Source: Candidatus Enterousia sp. (GTDB lineage Bacteria > Pseudomonadota > Alphaproteobacteria > Rs-D84). From it: a DNA stretch of 64,000 nt. Below, piece after piece: positions 10,089-18,810 of the stretch (within the stretch, counting starts at the first letter, position 1; the number at the start of each line of letters is the position of its first letter). The stretch is taken from positions 203,263-267,262 of the forward strand of contig JAZLAT010000005.1 in assembly GCA_045613345.1 (NCBI GenBank), written 5' to 3'. Below the pieces are notes generated by a model. It made no database searches. It had not been told where the DNA came from and worked only from the letters and a program-made list of their open reading frames with translations. The position numbers and the translations under genes were made by a program.

Positions 10089-10123
10089 AAATGGTTAATT
10101 TCACCCGATGGTGAATTTTGATT
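10089..10123 (+). promoter_or_regulatory. Conserved hairpin module AATGGTTAATTTCACC-N6-GGTGAATTTTGAT just upstream of a TATAAT box; copy 1
   Basis: Near-identical to the module at 11200-11233. Both copies precede plus-strand island genes. Confidence 0.45.
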
Positions 10124-10173
10124 AAACATCAAAGATATGATATAATAATACCTGTTATTATAGAGGTATATAA

Positions 10174-10950
10174 ATGCGTTTGAATTGGGAACAAAAAGAT
10201 TTTGATAAAGATATAGATTTTATATTATTTCATCAAAAAGATAAAACACCTGTTTGGTGGCACAAACAGTTATTCAATACATATCCTGATTTAGATTACG
10301 ATTATTGTTGGAATTCTGGTATCAGCGAAGAGCAACGATTTGAATATATAATCAAGCAAATGAAAATTCAGGCACAAAAACGACAGCCTGTTATAGAAAA
10401 ATCAATAAATATATTCCAAAAAGCATGGACAGATATTGCTGATAATCTAAATGATGCATACAGTTCCGCTTTTGATAACGATTGTTTAAATATATTAAAC
10501 TCAATGACAGCAGAAGTTGGTTTAAATCCAATATGCCCGCGCGATAACGAAAATCATAAATTTGATATATATCATTATTTTGATGTTCAATATGCGATAT
10601 TAACAGCATTACATGAAATTACACATTTTGTATGGTTTTATTTTTGGCAGCAACACTTCAAAGACAACATAAATGAATATGATTATCCAAACTTAAAATG
10701 GTTGTTATCAGAAATAGTTGTTGAAACAATTATTCGTAATTCAAAGATAAACGATTTGATTGAACAACCCAAATATATCGCTTATTCGTATTTCTATGAT
10801 ATGAAAATTGGTGATGAACTGATTTTTGAAACTATGCGAAAAATGTATCTAAATCGGAAAGACATTTTTGATTTTATGAAAAAATCTTTTGATTGGATAA
10901 AAAATAATGAAACTGAATTAAGAAACAAGATAGCAGAAGCTGAAAAATAA
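10174..10950 (+). CDS. Hypothetical protein with an HExxH motif (LHEITHFVWF); possible zinc metallopeptidase-like protein
   Basis: 258 aa on the AT-rich island. Only the HEITH motif was recognised. Confidence 0.4.
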   Translation: MRLNWEQKDFDKDIDFILFHQKDKTPVWWHKQLFNTYPDLDYDYCWNSGISEEQRFEYIIKQMKIQAQKRQPVIEKSINIFQKAWTDIADNLNDAYSSAFDNDCLNILNSMTAEVGLNPICPRDNENHKFDIYHYFDVQYAILTALHEITHFVWFYFWQQHFKDNINEYDYPNLKWLLSEIVVETIIRNSKINDLIEQPKYIAYSYFYDMKIGDELIFETMRKMYLNRKDIFDFMKKSFDWIKNNETELRNKIAEAEK

Positions 10951-10952
10951 TA

Positions 10953-11227
10953 GTAAAAACTGCCTCGGTGGATTAGAACGGAGCAACCCCTTGGAAATCT
11001 TGGTTGTTCGAAGATTGGTAAAATTTAGTGTTTTTTATATATGCTTTCTTCGAACCGCCCGAACAATATAAAATACAAAGAAAACCGCACTTTAAAGGTG
11101 CGGTGTATCTTTTGGTGGGAGTATGCTTGCACTAATCGAGCAGAAAATAAACAACGGTTTGATGATTTAATGCAACAGGTAAAAGAGTTTAAAGAAAAAA
11201 ATGGCTAATTTCACCAATAGGTGAAAA
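10953..11227. repeat. Island inter-cassette repeat module, copy 1
   Basis: It contains CTTGGAAATCTTGGTTGTTCGAAGATTGGTAAAATTTAGTGTTTT. It also has a hairpin ACCGCAC-N-GTGCGGT followed by GTATCTTTTGGTGGGAGT, which matches the tRNA-Tyr 3' end. It ends with GCTTGCACTAATCGAGCAGAAAA...TTTAATGCAAC and a TTTCACC...GGTGAAA hairpin. Homologous copies lie at 12476-12780 and 13200-13595, and partial copies at 9535-9650 and 10085-10140. Confidence 0.6.
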
Positions 11228-11233
11228 TTGATA
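11200..11233 (+). promoter_or_regulatory. Conserved hairpin module AATGGCTAATTTCACC-N5-GGTGAAAATTGAT upstream of a TATAAT box; copy 2
   Basis: See 10089-10123. It sits immediately upstream of the S41 peptidase gene. Confidence 0.45.
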
Positions 11234-11278
11234 AAATCTTGTATATGTGATATAATCACAAGGAATAAGAGAAATATA

Positions 11279-12472
11279 ATGAAAAGCATCACTTTTAATC
11301 AGATTGTTTCTGCTGTTGGTTTTTCAGATTTAACAACAATAAGAACCGATGATGTAAAAACAAATATATCTGCTTTTGCAAGATGGGTTTTTAAGGGGCA
11401 CCCTGCATGGCCTTTTTGGGATAAACAAATTAAGGATTCTTTTAAAAAACATATAGTTGAATTGTATAAATATGCAAATAATATTTCTTCTTCAACACAA
11501 CTACTTGAAAGGTTGTATGAAATATCTTTAAAAACTATACCGGATCGGCATTTTTCTGTTTCTTTTAGCAATCATAAACGGGCTCTTGATAAGGAACAAA
11601 GAAAATCTATTAAGCATAAAATATTATCAGATTTAGAGGCTAATGAATCTGTTGGACACAACCTTGCTAAATTGAATTTATCAGAATTAAAAAAACTGGG
11701 GATAAATATTTATATGCGTGAGGATTTATCAAATGTCGGCAAAGCTTGGTTGTTTGTTGGTGAAATTAACCAAAAAATAGGTGTCATAGCTTGCACTAAT
11801 TTGACGACTATAAATCCCACAACAAAATTATTTTCTAAAGATCAGTTTAACAAAATATCAAAAATGGTAAAAACTGTAAAAAAATACAGTAAAAATTGGC
11901 TTGGTGTTATTATTGATTTGCGTGATAATACGGGTGGCGATTCCCAATTTTTTGAACAAATTGCTGGTATTATAAATGGGGGGGCTGCAGCGCCAATCAG
12001 TAAAAGATTGTGGGTAAGAAATACATCAGAAAATATTTGGTTATTAGAAGAGTTGCAGAAACGTTATAATGTACTTGATATAAAAAAACTTGAAAAATTG
12101 CGGGCACAAAAAAAATTAAAAATTTTATGGTATGAAGGCAAGAAAATAACAATAAAAAAACCATATAAACAGATAAGAATACTAACAAATAGGTTAGTCC
12201 AATCTTCTAGCGAAGCTGTAATTTTTCAACTTGGAAAATGTCCGGCATATAAAACTGTTGGTGAAAATACTGGTGGTTGCACAATAGGCTTTTGTCCGAT
12301 TGGGGTTATGTTGCCAAATGGCGGAATTATAAATATGGCAACCAGTTATTCTGTTAGTCCTATGATCTGTAAAGAAGGTATTGGAATTTCGCCAGATATC
12401 CCTATTACAAAAAAAGATACTTTTACTGTTGCGTTGAATGATATTGAACAAAAATTAAAAAAAGCATATTAG
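11279..12472 (+). CDS. S41-family (C-terminal processing / tail-specific protease-like) serine peptidase
   Basis: Motifs VIIDLRDNTGGDSQFFEQIAG (S41 IIDLRxNxGG), QSSSEAVIF (catalytic Ser region) and TVGENTGGC...GISPDIPI. The tracked start at 11228 is a TTG inside the promoter. ATG 11279 (MKSITF...) is preferred. Confidence 0.6.
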   Translation: MKSITFNQIVSAVGFSDLTTIRTDDVKTNISAFARWVFKGHPAWPFWDKQIKDSFKKHIVELYKYANNISSSTQLLERLYEISLKTIPDRHFSVSFSNHKRALDKEQRKSIKHKILSDLEANESVGHNLAKLNLSELKKLGINIYMREDLSNVGKAWLFVGEINQKIGVIACTNLTTINPTTKLFSKDQFNKISKMVKTVKKYSKNWLGVIIDLRDNTGGDSQFFEQIAGIINGGAAAPISKRLWVRNTSENIWLLEELQKRYNVLDIKKLEKLRAQKKLKILWYEGKKITIKKPYKQIRILTNRLVQSSSEAVIFQLGKCPAYKTVGENTGGCTIGFCPIGVMLPNGGIINMATSYSVSPMICKEGIGISPDIPITKKDTFTVALNDIEQKLKKAY

Positions 12473-12475
12473 TAT

Positions 12476-12780
12476 ATTCGATTAAAGCAAAATGTTGAAA
12501 ATCTCGGCTGTTCGAAGATTGGTAATTTTTAGTGTTTTTTATATATACTTTCTTCGAACCTGTGCAGATATTAAAAATCCAAAGACAACAAGTAGATTTT
12601 GCAAGCGAAGCGTGGCGAAATCGTTACGGTTGGCCCGCAGGGCTTTGCCCAAGGGAAACCCGCACTTTGATGGTGCGGTGTATCTTTTGGTGGGAATCAG
12701 TTTGCACTAATCGAGCAGAAAAAGAATTTTCTGATTTAATGCAACTAGTCTCCATATTTAAAAATAAATGGTTGGTTTAA
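12476..12780. repeat. Island inter-cassette repeat module, copy 2
   Basis: It shares the blocks TGTTCGAAGATTGGTAA, AAATCCAAAGACAACAAGTAGATTTTGCAAGCGAAGCGTGGCGAAATCGTTACGGTTGGCCCGCAGGGCTTTGCCC, the hairpin plus GTATCTTTTGGTGGGA, and GTTTGCACTAATCGAGCAG. Confidence 0.6.
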
Positions 12781-12781
12781 T

Positions 12782-13132
12782 TTATTTCTTATAACACCCA
12801 TATGTGTGTTCATCAGAATTTATACCAAGCATGTAATCTATTTGTTTCCCTTTTTTCGAAAAAACTATCATCAATTTAATTTGTTCGCCAACAGTATTCG
12901 TTCCATAGTAAGATATAGAATTGCTACCACTTTCTTGTTCTTGAGATTTCAATACGATGTTTTCACCATTAACAACAACATTTGCAACATGTTTATCAGC
13001 ATTAACATCTAATGTGATTTCTGCTTGTCCAGAATTATGAGTTGCATCTTCGCATAACAAACCTGTTTCTTGATATTTATTGCTACACGCGGCTAATAAA
13101 AGTCCAAAACTTAAAAACATAATTTTTTTCAT
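12782..13132 (-). CDS. Lipoprotein, probable MliC/PliC-family c-type lysozyme inhibitor
   Basis: Lipobox LLAAC-S. Two Cys are spaced as in MliC (LLCED...YGC). SGSNSISYY and FSKKGKQ resemble the MliC SGxxY and F/WxKG motifs. Confidence 0.45.
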   Translation of the reverse strand: MKKIMFLSFGLLLAACSNKYQETGLLCEDATHNSGQAEITLDVNADKHVANVVVNGENIVLKSQEQESGSNSISYYGTNTVGEQIKLMIVFSKKGKQIDYMLGINSDEHTYGCYKK

Positions 13133-13199
13133 AAATTCTCCTTTGATTGTGTGAATAGATTATATACATGAACACGTAAAAACACAATACAAAAATGCC

Positions 13200-13595
13200 T
13201 TGATGGATTCCCTCGACACTGCGTGTCTGTGGGGAAACCGTAACGATTGTGGTGTGCTACGCTTCCACAATCTACTTGTTTTCGAACGGGGCAAACCCTT
13301 GGAAATCTTGGTTGTTCGAAGATTGGTAAAATTTAGTGTTTTGTGGGTATGCTATTTTCGCTCGCTCGGCACTATGTGCCGGCTGCGCGCAACCCGTGAC
13401 GATTGCAGTTCGTTTCACTTCCGCAATCTACTTGGTTTCGAACCTGTACAACTATTGGAAATCCAAAGACAACAAGTAGATTTTGCAAGCGAAGCGTGGC
13501 GAAATCGTTACGGTTGGCCCGCAGGGCTTTGCCCGAGGGAAACCCGCACTTTTTAGGTGCGGTGTATCTTTTGGTGGGAGTGGGTGTGCCTTGAT
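13200..13595. repeat. Island repeat module, copy 3, with internal inverted sub-repeats; ends in 18 bp identical to the tRNA-Tyr 3' end
   Basis: CGTAACGATTGTGG...CCACAATCTACTTG occurs twice in one orientation and once inverted. The module ends GGTGCGGTGTATCTTTTGGTGGGAGTGGGTG. Confidence 0.6.
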
Positions 13596-13785
13596 AAACA
13601 ATAATCAACCGTATATGCAAAAACTCTATTAATCATATCCGTTTTTGCACGGTTGCTAATTGTTCATCTGCGTATTCATCATGCGTGTCATGGTCTTCGC
13701 CCACGAAAATTTCATTTTCGTACGGCACTTGTCGTGCCGTTGCCACTCTGGCGCATCCACCCACTCTCTTTTAGCAAAATAAAAA

Positions 13786-13812
13786 ATGACCCATCCAGGT
13801 CATTTTCTATTT
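13786..13812. terminator. Bidirectional hairpin terminator (TGACCCATCCAGGTCA with flanking A/T runs) at the 3' end of the tRNA-Tyr/Gly operon
   Basis: Read directly. Confidence 0.5.
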
Positions 13813-13899
13813 TGGTGGGAGTGGGTGGATTCGAACCACCTCAGGCTTAAGCCAACAGATTTACAGTCTGCCCCGGCTCTCCAACTCCGGCGCACGCCC
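13813..13899 (-). tRNA. tRNA-Tyr (anticodon GTA), class II with a long variable arm
   Basis: The reverse complement is GGGCGTG CG CCGG AGTTGGAGAG CCGG G GCAGA CTGTAAA TCTGT TGGCTTAAGCC TGA GGTGG TTCGAAT CCACC CACTCCC A CCA. The acceptor stem has one C-U mismatch. Confidence 0.75.
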
Positions 13900-13908
13900 A
13901 GAACTCAG

Positions 13909-13983
13909 TGGTGCGGGCAGCGGGACTCGAACCCGCACATCAAGCTTGGAAGGCTTGCGTACTAGCCCTTGTACTATGCCCGC
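13909..13983 (-). tRNA. tRNA-Gly (anticodon TCC)
   Basis: The reverse complement is GCGGGCA TA GTAC AAGGGCTA GTAC G CAAGC CTTCCAA GCTTG ATGT GCGGG TTCGAGT CCCGC TGCCCGC A CCA. Confidence 0.85.
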
Positions 13984-14103
13984 TGTGCACGTTAAGGCGA
14001 AGTCATTATATAACACATTTATCAAAAATCAAGAAAATAAATGGGTTGTGCCCCATAAAAATACTTGAAAAGCTTAATATTCTTGTGTAAGGTGTCTAAC
14101 ACC

Positions 14104-14179
14104 GCCGGTGTAGCTCAGTTGGTAGAGCATCTCATTCGTAATGAGGGGGTCGTAAGTCCGAGTCTTATCACCGGCACCA
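14104..14179 (+). tRNA. tRNA-Thr (anticodon CGT)
   Basis: GCCGGTG TA GCTC AGTTGGTAGAGC A TCTCA TTCGTAA TGAGG GGGTC GTAAG TCCGAGT CTTAT CACCGGC A CCA. A hairpin terminator follows at 14186-14212. Confidence 0.85.
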
Positions 14180-14216
14180 GAAATCAAAAACCGCCAAACG
14201 GCGGTTTTGTTTATTC

Positions 14217-14825
14217 TTATCGTGAACGCGCAAGTTGTTGCATTTTGAACTTTTCATCCACAATATTTGCCAGATAATTTGACAACTGTGGCGATATAGC
14301 CGCAATCTGTTTATATCCATCGCGCGAATCAAACTTGAATACGTACCCGTTACCTTGGATTCCGTCGCACCATTCTGTTCCTGCCGATGCAAAGTTTATC
14401 ATGTATTCGCCAAAACGGCAACGCATTGGTACACAAGATTGATGTTCGGTTTCTTCGAAATAGCGAACATTTATAACCTCTTGGTTTGACAGGCTGTATA
14501 ACACATTAACCAATCCTTTGGAAGTGATTTCAAATACAGGATTATATTTTTCTGCCGCAAACCGTGCAACACGAGCATCTGCGCGTTCCAAAGACCAAGT
14601 ATATAATCTTAACGAATTTGATTCTGTTATATGCTTGCGAAAATGACGTTTATATGTAGAGAAAAAATGTAATCTCTTGTCAATATTATTGATGTCCATT
14701 ATATCACTGCGAACTCCGCGTGCCGCCGCAAAAGGCGCAGAAATATACGCAATAATCGTATCGGCAAATGCCGCCATATCGGTTAATGTTTTATTTCTTT
14801 TTTCTATTTTTTCTAATGTTTTCAT
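14217..14825 (-). CDS. Hypothetical protein
   Basis: The tracked ORF extends to 15155 through low-complexity sequence. An internal ATG at 14823-14825 (MKTLEKIEKRNK...) has a good RBS (AAAGGAAAATATATG) and is the likely start. No motif was recognised. Confidence 0.45.
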   Translation of the reverse strand: MKTLEKIEKRNKTLTDMAAFADTIIAYISAPFAAARGVRSDIMDINNIDKRLHFFSTYKRHFRKHITESNSLRLYTWSLERADARVARFAAEKYNPVFEITSKGLVNVLYSLSNQEVINVRYFEETEHQSCVPMRCRFGEYMINFASAGTEWCDGIQGNGYVFKFDSRDGYKQIAAISPQLSNYLANIVDEKFKMQQLARSR

Positions 14826-15051
14826 ATATTTTCCTTTGATTGTACTGATAAATATAGCACAAAAAATCCAATTGTCAAGACATGCTTTTCTTGAATAAAA
14901 TACTGGAATTTTCTGATTTAATATATTACACTGTCCCACGATGAAAACAAAGACAATAATTATTATAAAATAATCGACTGGCGCGCTTTGGCGTTGACCG
15001 GGGCGCGTGCGGCGCCGTTTTTTTGTAATAAAACCAATGGAGTAATATACT

Positions 15052-18000
15052 ATGGCATACCCAAAGACAGAACCCAAGGCGGATTTTCCAAGCTTGGAAC
15101 ATAATGTAATAGAGTTTTGGCGCAATGATGATACTTTCCATAAAAGTTTAAACAAAACAAAAATGGGCGAACCATTTATGTTCTATGACGGTCCGCCTTT
15201 TGCAAATGGTTTGCCGCATTGGGGGCATTTGGGGGTTTCTGCGGTTAAAGATATGATATCGCGGTATCAAACTATGTGCGGTCGTTATGTAGAGCGTGCG
15301 CTGGGGTGGGATTGCCATGGTTTGCCCGCCGAAGCATCTGTTGAAAAAAAACAGGGACGTACCGCTAAAGATATTGTTGCAAACGATGGTATTGCTGCTT
15401 TCTGTGATATGTGCCGCGACGACGTTATGACATATACCAATGAATGGTTACGCTTTATCGAACGGGTCGGTCGTTGGGTTGATGGTGGCGATGATTATGG
15501 TTATCGCACAATGGACAAGAATTTTATGGAATCTGTGATTTGGGCAATAAAAGAACTTTATAACAAAGGGTTGCTTTATAAAGATTTCAAGGTCAATCCA
15601 TATGATTGGAAATTGGGAACCGTTCTGTCTAATTCCGAAGCGTCAAGCGAATATCAAGATGTTGTTGATGACACTGTGACCGTATGGTTTGAATTGGAAA
15701 ATGGTGACCGTGCTATCGCGTGGACAACGACACCTTGGACACTGCCCGCGAATTCTGCATTGGCGGTGAATCCAGATATGGAATATGTTCGTATGCGGCA
15801 CGATGACGGGCATGTTTATGTTTTGGCAGCATCGCGCGTTTCGGCATATGACAAGATTTTTGCGACATCTGAAAATTTGGGGACGGTGCGTGGTTCTGAA
15901 TTGGTCGGTATGCGCTATATACCGCTTTTCCCGTATTACAGTGATTTGTCCAAGAATGGTCATGGGCTGTATACAGTGATTTCTGGGGATTATGTATCTG
16001 ACAGTGATGGTACCGGTATCGTTCATATTGCGCCCGCGTATGGTGAAGACGACTATATCGTGGCTAAGGCAATTGACCCGATGTTCCCGGTGATATTGAA
16101 TGTTGATGATTATGGAAATTTTGATAACACTGTTACTGATTGGGCGGGTGAAAATATCTTTGATGCAAATTCAAAGATAATTGATTGGCTGCGCGCAAAT
16201 GGGCGACTGGTGCGCAAAGAACAACATAAACACAGTTATCCGTTCGGTCCACGCAGCAAAGAAAAACTAATCTATCGTGCGACGGATGCATGGTATGTTG
16301 ATGTGCCAAAGATTCGTGACCGGTTGGTTGAAATAACCAAGAATGAAACAACGTGGACATCGGCGGGAAATCGTTTCTTGTCTTGGATTGAAAACGCGCG
16401 GCCTTGGGGAATTTCGCGCAATCGTTTCTGGGGTGTACCATTACCAATTTGGGAACGAAATGGCGAATACAAAATCTTTGGTTCGGTTGCCGAAATTGAA
16501 GAATTTTTTGGGGTAAAAATTGATGACCTGCATCGACCAACATTGGATGCGTTAACCAAAGATGGTTGGAAACGTATTCCGGATGTTTTGGATTGCTGGT
16601 TTGAAAGTGGGTCTATGCCGTTTGCGTCGTTGCATTACCCATTTGAAAACCGTGATTTGTTTGAAAAAACTTTTCCGGCGGATTATATTATCGAAGGTCA
16701 AGACCAGACACGTGGATGGTTCTATCATTTAATGATTATGGCGGTTGCGCTGTTTGATCGACCGGCATTCCGCGTAGTTTCTGCGAATGGTATGGTGGTT
16801 GATGAAAATAAACGCAAGTTTTCTAAATCTTTACATAACTTTGTTGACCCAACCCAGCAACTTGAAGCGTACGGTGCAGATGCGGTTCGACTGTTTATAT
16901 TGGGCAGCAATTTTATGAAAGCCGAACCGGTGCCTGTTGACAAAGAAGGCAAAGTGTTTAATGAGTCAATCAAGACAATTTTGACACCATTGTGGAACGC
17001 ATATCATTTCTTTACATTGTATGCGAACGCGGGAAATATCACCGCATGCGATGTATGGGGTAAACCAACACGGAACGCGTTGGACGAGTACATATTGAAT
17101 GAAACGAATGTTTTGATAATGGTTGTGGCAAATGCGTTAGACGAATACAAGCCAGATATTGCAGTTAAAGAATTTGTACGATTCTTGGATGTCTTGAATA
17201 ATTGGTATATTCGTCGGTCGCGTGCGCGCTTTTGGGACGAAGACACGGACGCGTTTAATACGCTGTATACAGTGCTGACCACTGTATGCCGCGTTTTGGC
17301 ACCATTTGCACCATTTGTTTCTGAATATATTTACAAAAACTTGACTGGGGCGGAATCTGTGCATTTAACGGGCTTTCCAACAACATGTGCGGCAAATGAT
17401 AAAATCGTTGACGATATGCGGCGGGTCCAAGAAATTGTGTCTGTTGGAAAACAATTGCGCGAACAGTATAAATTGCGGAATCGTTTGCCACTTTCCAAGT
17501 TGATCGTTGCGGGTGGGCGCGCGATGCCAGAATACACTAACATCATTCGCGATGAATTAAATGTCAAAGAAGTTGAATGGGTTGACAATACCAATAAAGT
17601 CGCAGACAGCTTTATATACCTTGTTACACCAAAGATTGGTTCGCGGCTTGGCAGTGCGTTGCGCGACATTGTACCGGCGGTTAAACGCGGCGAATATGAA
17701 TTGCGTGGTGACAAGTTGATTGTTGGCGAATATGAATTAAACGCGGACGAATTTGAAAACCGCCTTAATATGCGTGAAGGTGTAACCGGCATGGCATTAC
17801 CAGATAACACTGCGGTTGTGGTTTTGGATACCGAATTAAATTCTGAACTTATTGCCGAAGGTTTGGCGAATGACGCGTTGCGATTTATTCAAGACACACG
17901 TAAAACAATCGGTTTGGATGTTTCTGATCGTATAAAATTGACCTATACAGCGGATTTAGCGCTGTCGGGGGCGATTGAGCAACACCGCAAACGAATAATG

Positions 18001-18096
18001 GCGGATGCATTGATTCGTGAAATGTCACCGGGTGCGGCAGAGCACTTTACGGAAATTGAAGGCTATAACTTTGGTATTTCCATAGAACACGCATAA
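15052..18096 (+). CDS. ileS: Isoleucine--tRNA ligase, type 2 (eukaryote-like) form
   Basis: 1014 aa. YDGPPFANGLPHWGHL is the type-2 HxGH region. KFSKSLHNFVDP is a KMSKS variant. There is a long editing domain. Confidence 0.9.
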   Translation: MAYPKTEPKADFPSLEHNVIEFWRNDDTFHKSLNKTKMGEPFMFYDGPPFANGLPHWGHLGVSAVKDMISRYQTMCGRYVERALGWDCHGLPAEASVEKKQGRTAKDIVANDGIAAFCDMCRDDVMTYTNEWLRFIERVGRWVDGGDDYGYRTMDKNFMESVIWAIKELYNKGLLYKDFKVNPYDWKLGTVLSNSEASSEYQDVVDDTVTVWFELENGDRAIAWTTTPWTLPANSALAVNPDMEYVRMRHDDGHVYVLAASRVSAYDKIFATSENLGTVRGSELVGMRYIPLFPYYSDLSKNGHGLYTVISGDYVSDSDGTGIVHIAPAYGEDDYIVAKAIDPMFPVILNVDDYGNFDNTVTDWAGENIFDANSKIIDWLRANGRLVRKEQHKHSYPFGPRSKEKLIYRATDAWYVDVPKIRDRLVEITKNETTWTSAGNRFLSWIENARPWGISRNRFWGVPLPIWERNGEYKIFGSVAEIEEFFGVKIDDLHRPTLDALTKDGWKRIPDVLDCWFESGSMPFASLHYPFENRDLFEKTFPADYIIEGQDQTRGWFYHLMIMAVALFDRPAFRVVSANGMVVDENKRKFSKSLHNFVDPTQQLEAYGADAVRLFILGSNFMKAEPVPVDKEGKVFNESIKTILTPLWNAYHFFTLYANAGNITACDVWGKPTRNALDEYILNETNVLIMVVANALDEYKPDIAVKEFVRFLDVLNNWYIRRSRARFWDEDTDAFNTLYTVLTTVCRVLAPFAPFVSEYIYKNLTGAESVHLTGFPTTCAANDKIVDDMRRVQEIVSVGKQLREQYKLRNRLPLSKLIVAGGRAMPEYTNIIRDELNVKEVEWVDNTNKVADSFIYLVTPKIGSRLGSALRDIVPAVKRGEYELRGDKLIVGEYELNADEFENRLNMREGVTGMALPDNTAVVVLDTELNSELIAEGLANDALRFIQDTRKTIGLDVSDRIKLTYTADLALSGAIEQHRKRIMADALIREMSPGAAEHFTEIEGYNFGISIEHA

Positions 18097-18744
18097 ATGA
18101 TAACGCCACGGCAATTTTTTGAAATCGTTCCGCCGAACCTTAACATGAATATTCGGTCAGAGTTGTATTATACAAACGAATTCAATTTTGCCGTGGCGGT
18201 AATTCTGTCCGCCCAGGCGACCGACAAAAAGGTCAACGAAGTAACACCGGCTTTGTTCGCTGTTGCGGACACTCCGCGTAAAATGCTGGCGTTGGGCATT
18301 GATGAATTAAAGAAACATATCCGTGTGATTTCGTTCTTTAATAACAAGGCTAAAAGTATCATGGGGCTGGCGGCGGCTTTGGCTGAATTTGATAATGGTG
18401 ATACGAACTTTATTTTTCCAAAAAAATTTCATAATCGTGATGAACTTATGAAATTACCCGGGGTTGGTCAAAAGACCGCAAATGTTATCATGAATGTTCT
18501 TTGGAATGCACCAAATATTGGGGTTGATACACATGTGTTTCGGCTTAGCCATCGGTATGGTTGGGTTGATGATACGGCAAACACGCCCGAAAAAGTAGAA
18601 CAAGAATTATTGCGCATAATTCCAAAAAAGTATCATGCAATTACGAATCATGTAATGGTCTTGTTTGGGCGGTATACATGTACGGCGCTGCGCCCAAAAT
18701 GTGACAAGTGTCCGTTGCGAATATATTGTCATGGGTGCAAATAA
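18097..18744 (+). CDS. nth: Endonuclease III
   Basis: ILSAQATDKKVNEVTPALF, LPGVGQKTANVIMN (helix-hairpin-helix) and a C-x6-C-x2-C-x5-C iron-sulfur cluster site. Its start overlaps the ileS stop. Confidence 0.85.
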   Translation: MITPRQFFEIVPPNLNMNIRSELYYTNEFNFAVAVILSAQATDKKVNEVTPALFAVADTPRKMLALGIDELKKHIRVISFFNNKAKSIMGLAAALAEFDNGDTNFIFPKKFHNRDELMKLPGVGQKTANVIMNVLWNAPNIGVDTHVFRLSHRYGWVDDTANTPEKVEQELLRIIPKKYHAITNHVMVLFGRYTCTALRPKCDKCPLRIYCHGCK

Positions 18745-18810
18745 AGGTTTGATTTTTTCTTGTATTGTGCTATGGTTTCGACATAGAAGCGAAACCAAAG
18801 GAGAAAATAC

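Noticed and set aside
12492-13594. Several 60-120-aa ORFs (12492-12710, 12532-12780, 13200-13556, 13372-13620, 13403-13594)
   Set aside because: All lie inside the island repeat modules. They are frame-inconsistent between repeat copies and lack RBSs. They are repeat DNA rather than genes.
13653-14392. Short ORFs overlapping the tRNA-Tyr, tRNA-Gly and tRNA-Thr genes and terminators
   Set aside because: They cover structural RNA genes and hairpins, and no independent coding evidence supports them.
14826-15155. N-terminal 110 codons of the tracked 312-aa ORF 14217-15155
   Set aside because: This extension is low-complexity (IIIIVFVFIV, KKRRRTRPGQRQ) and overlaps the ileS promoter and start. 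An internal ATG at 14825 with a good RBS is the likelier start.
16133-17810. Antisense ORFs inside ileS (16133-16543, 17331-17810 and others)
   Set aside because: Same reasoning. ileS is unambiguous across this span.
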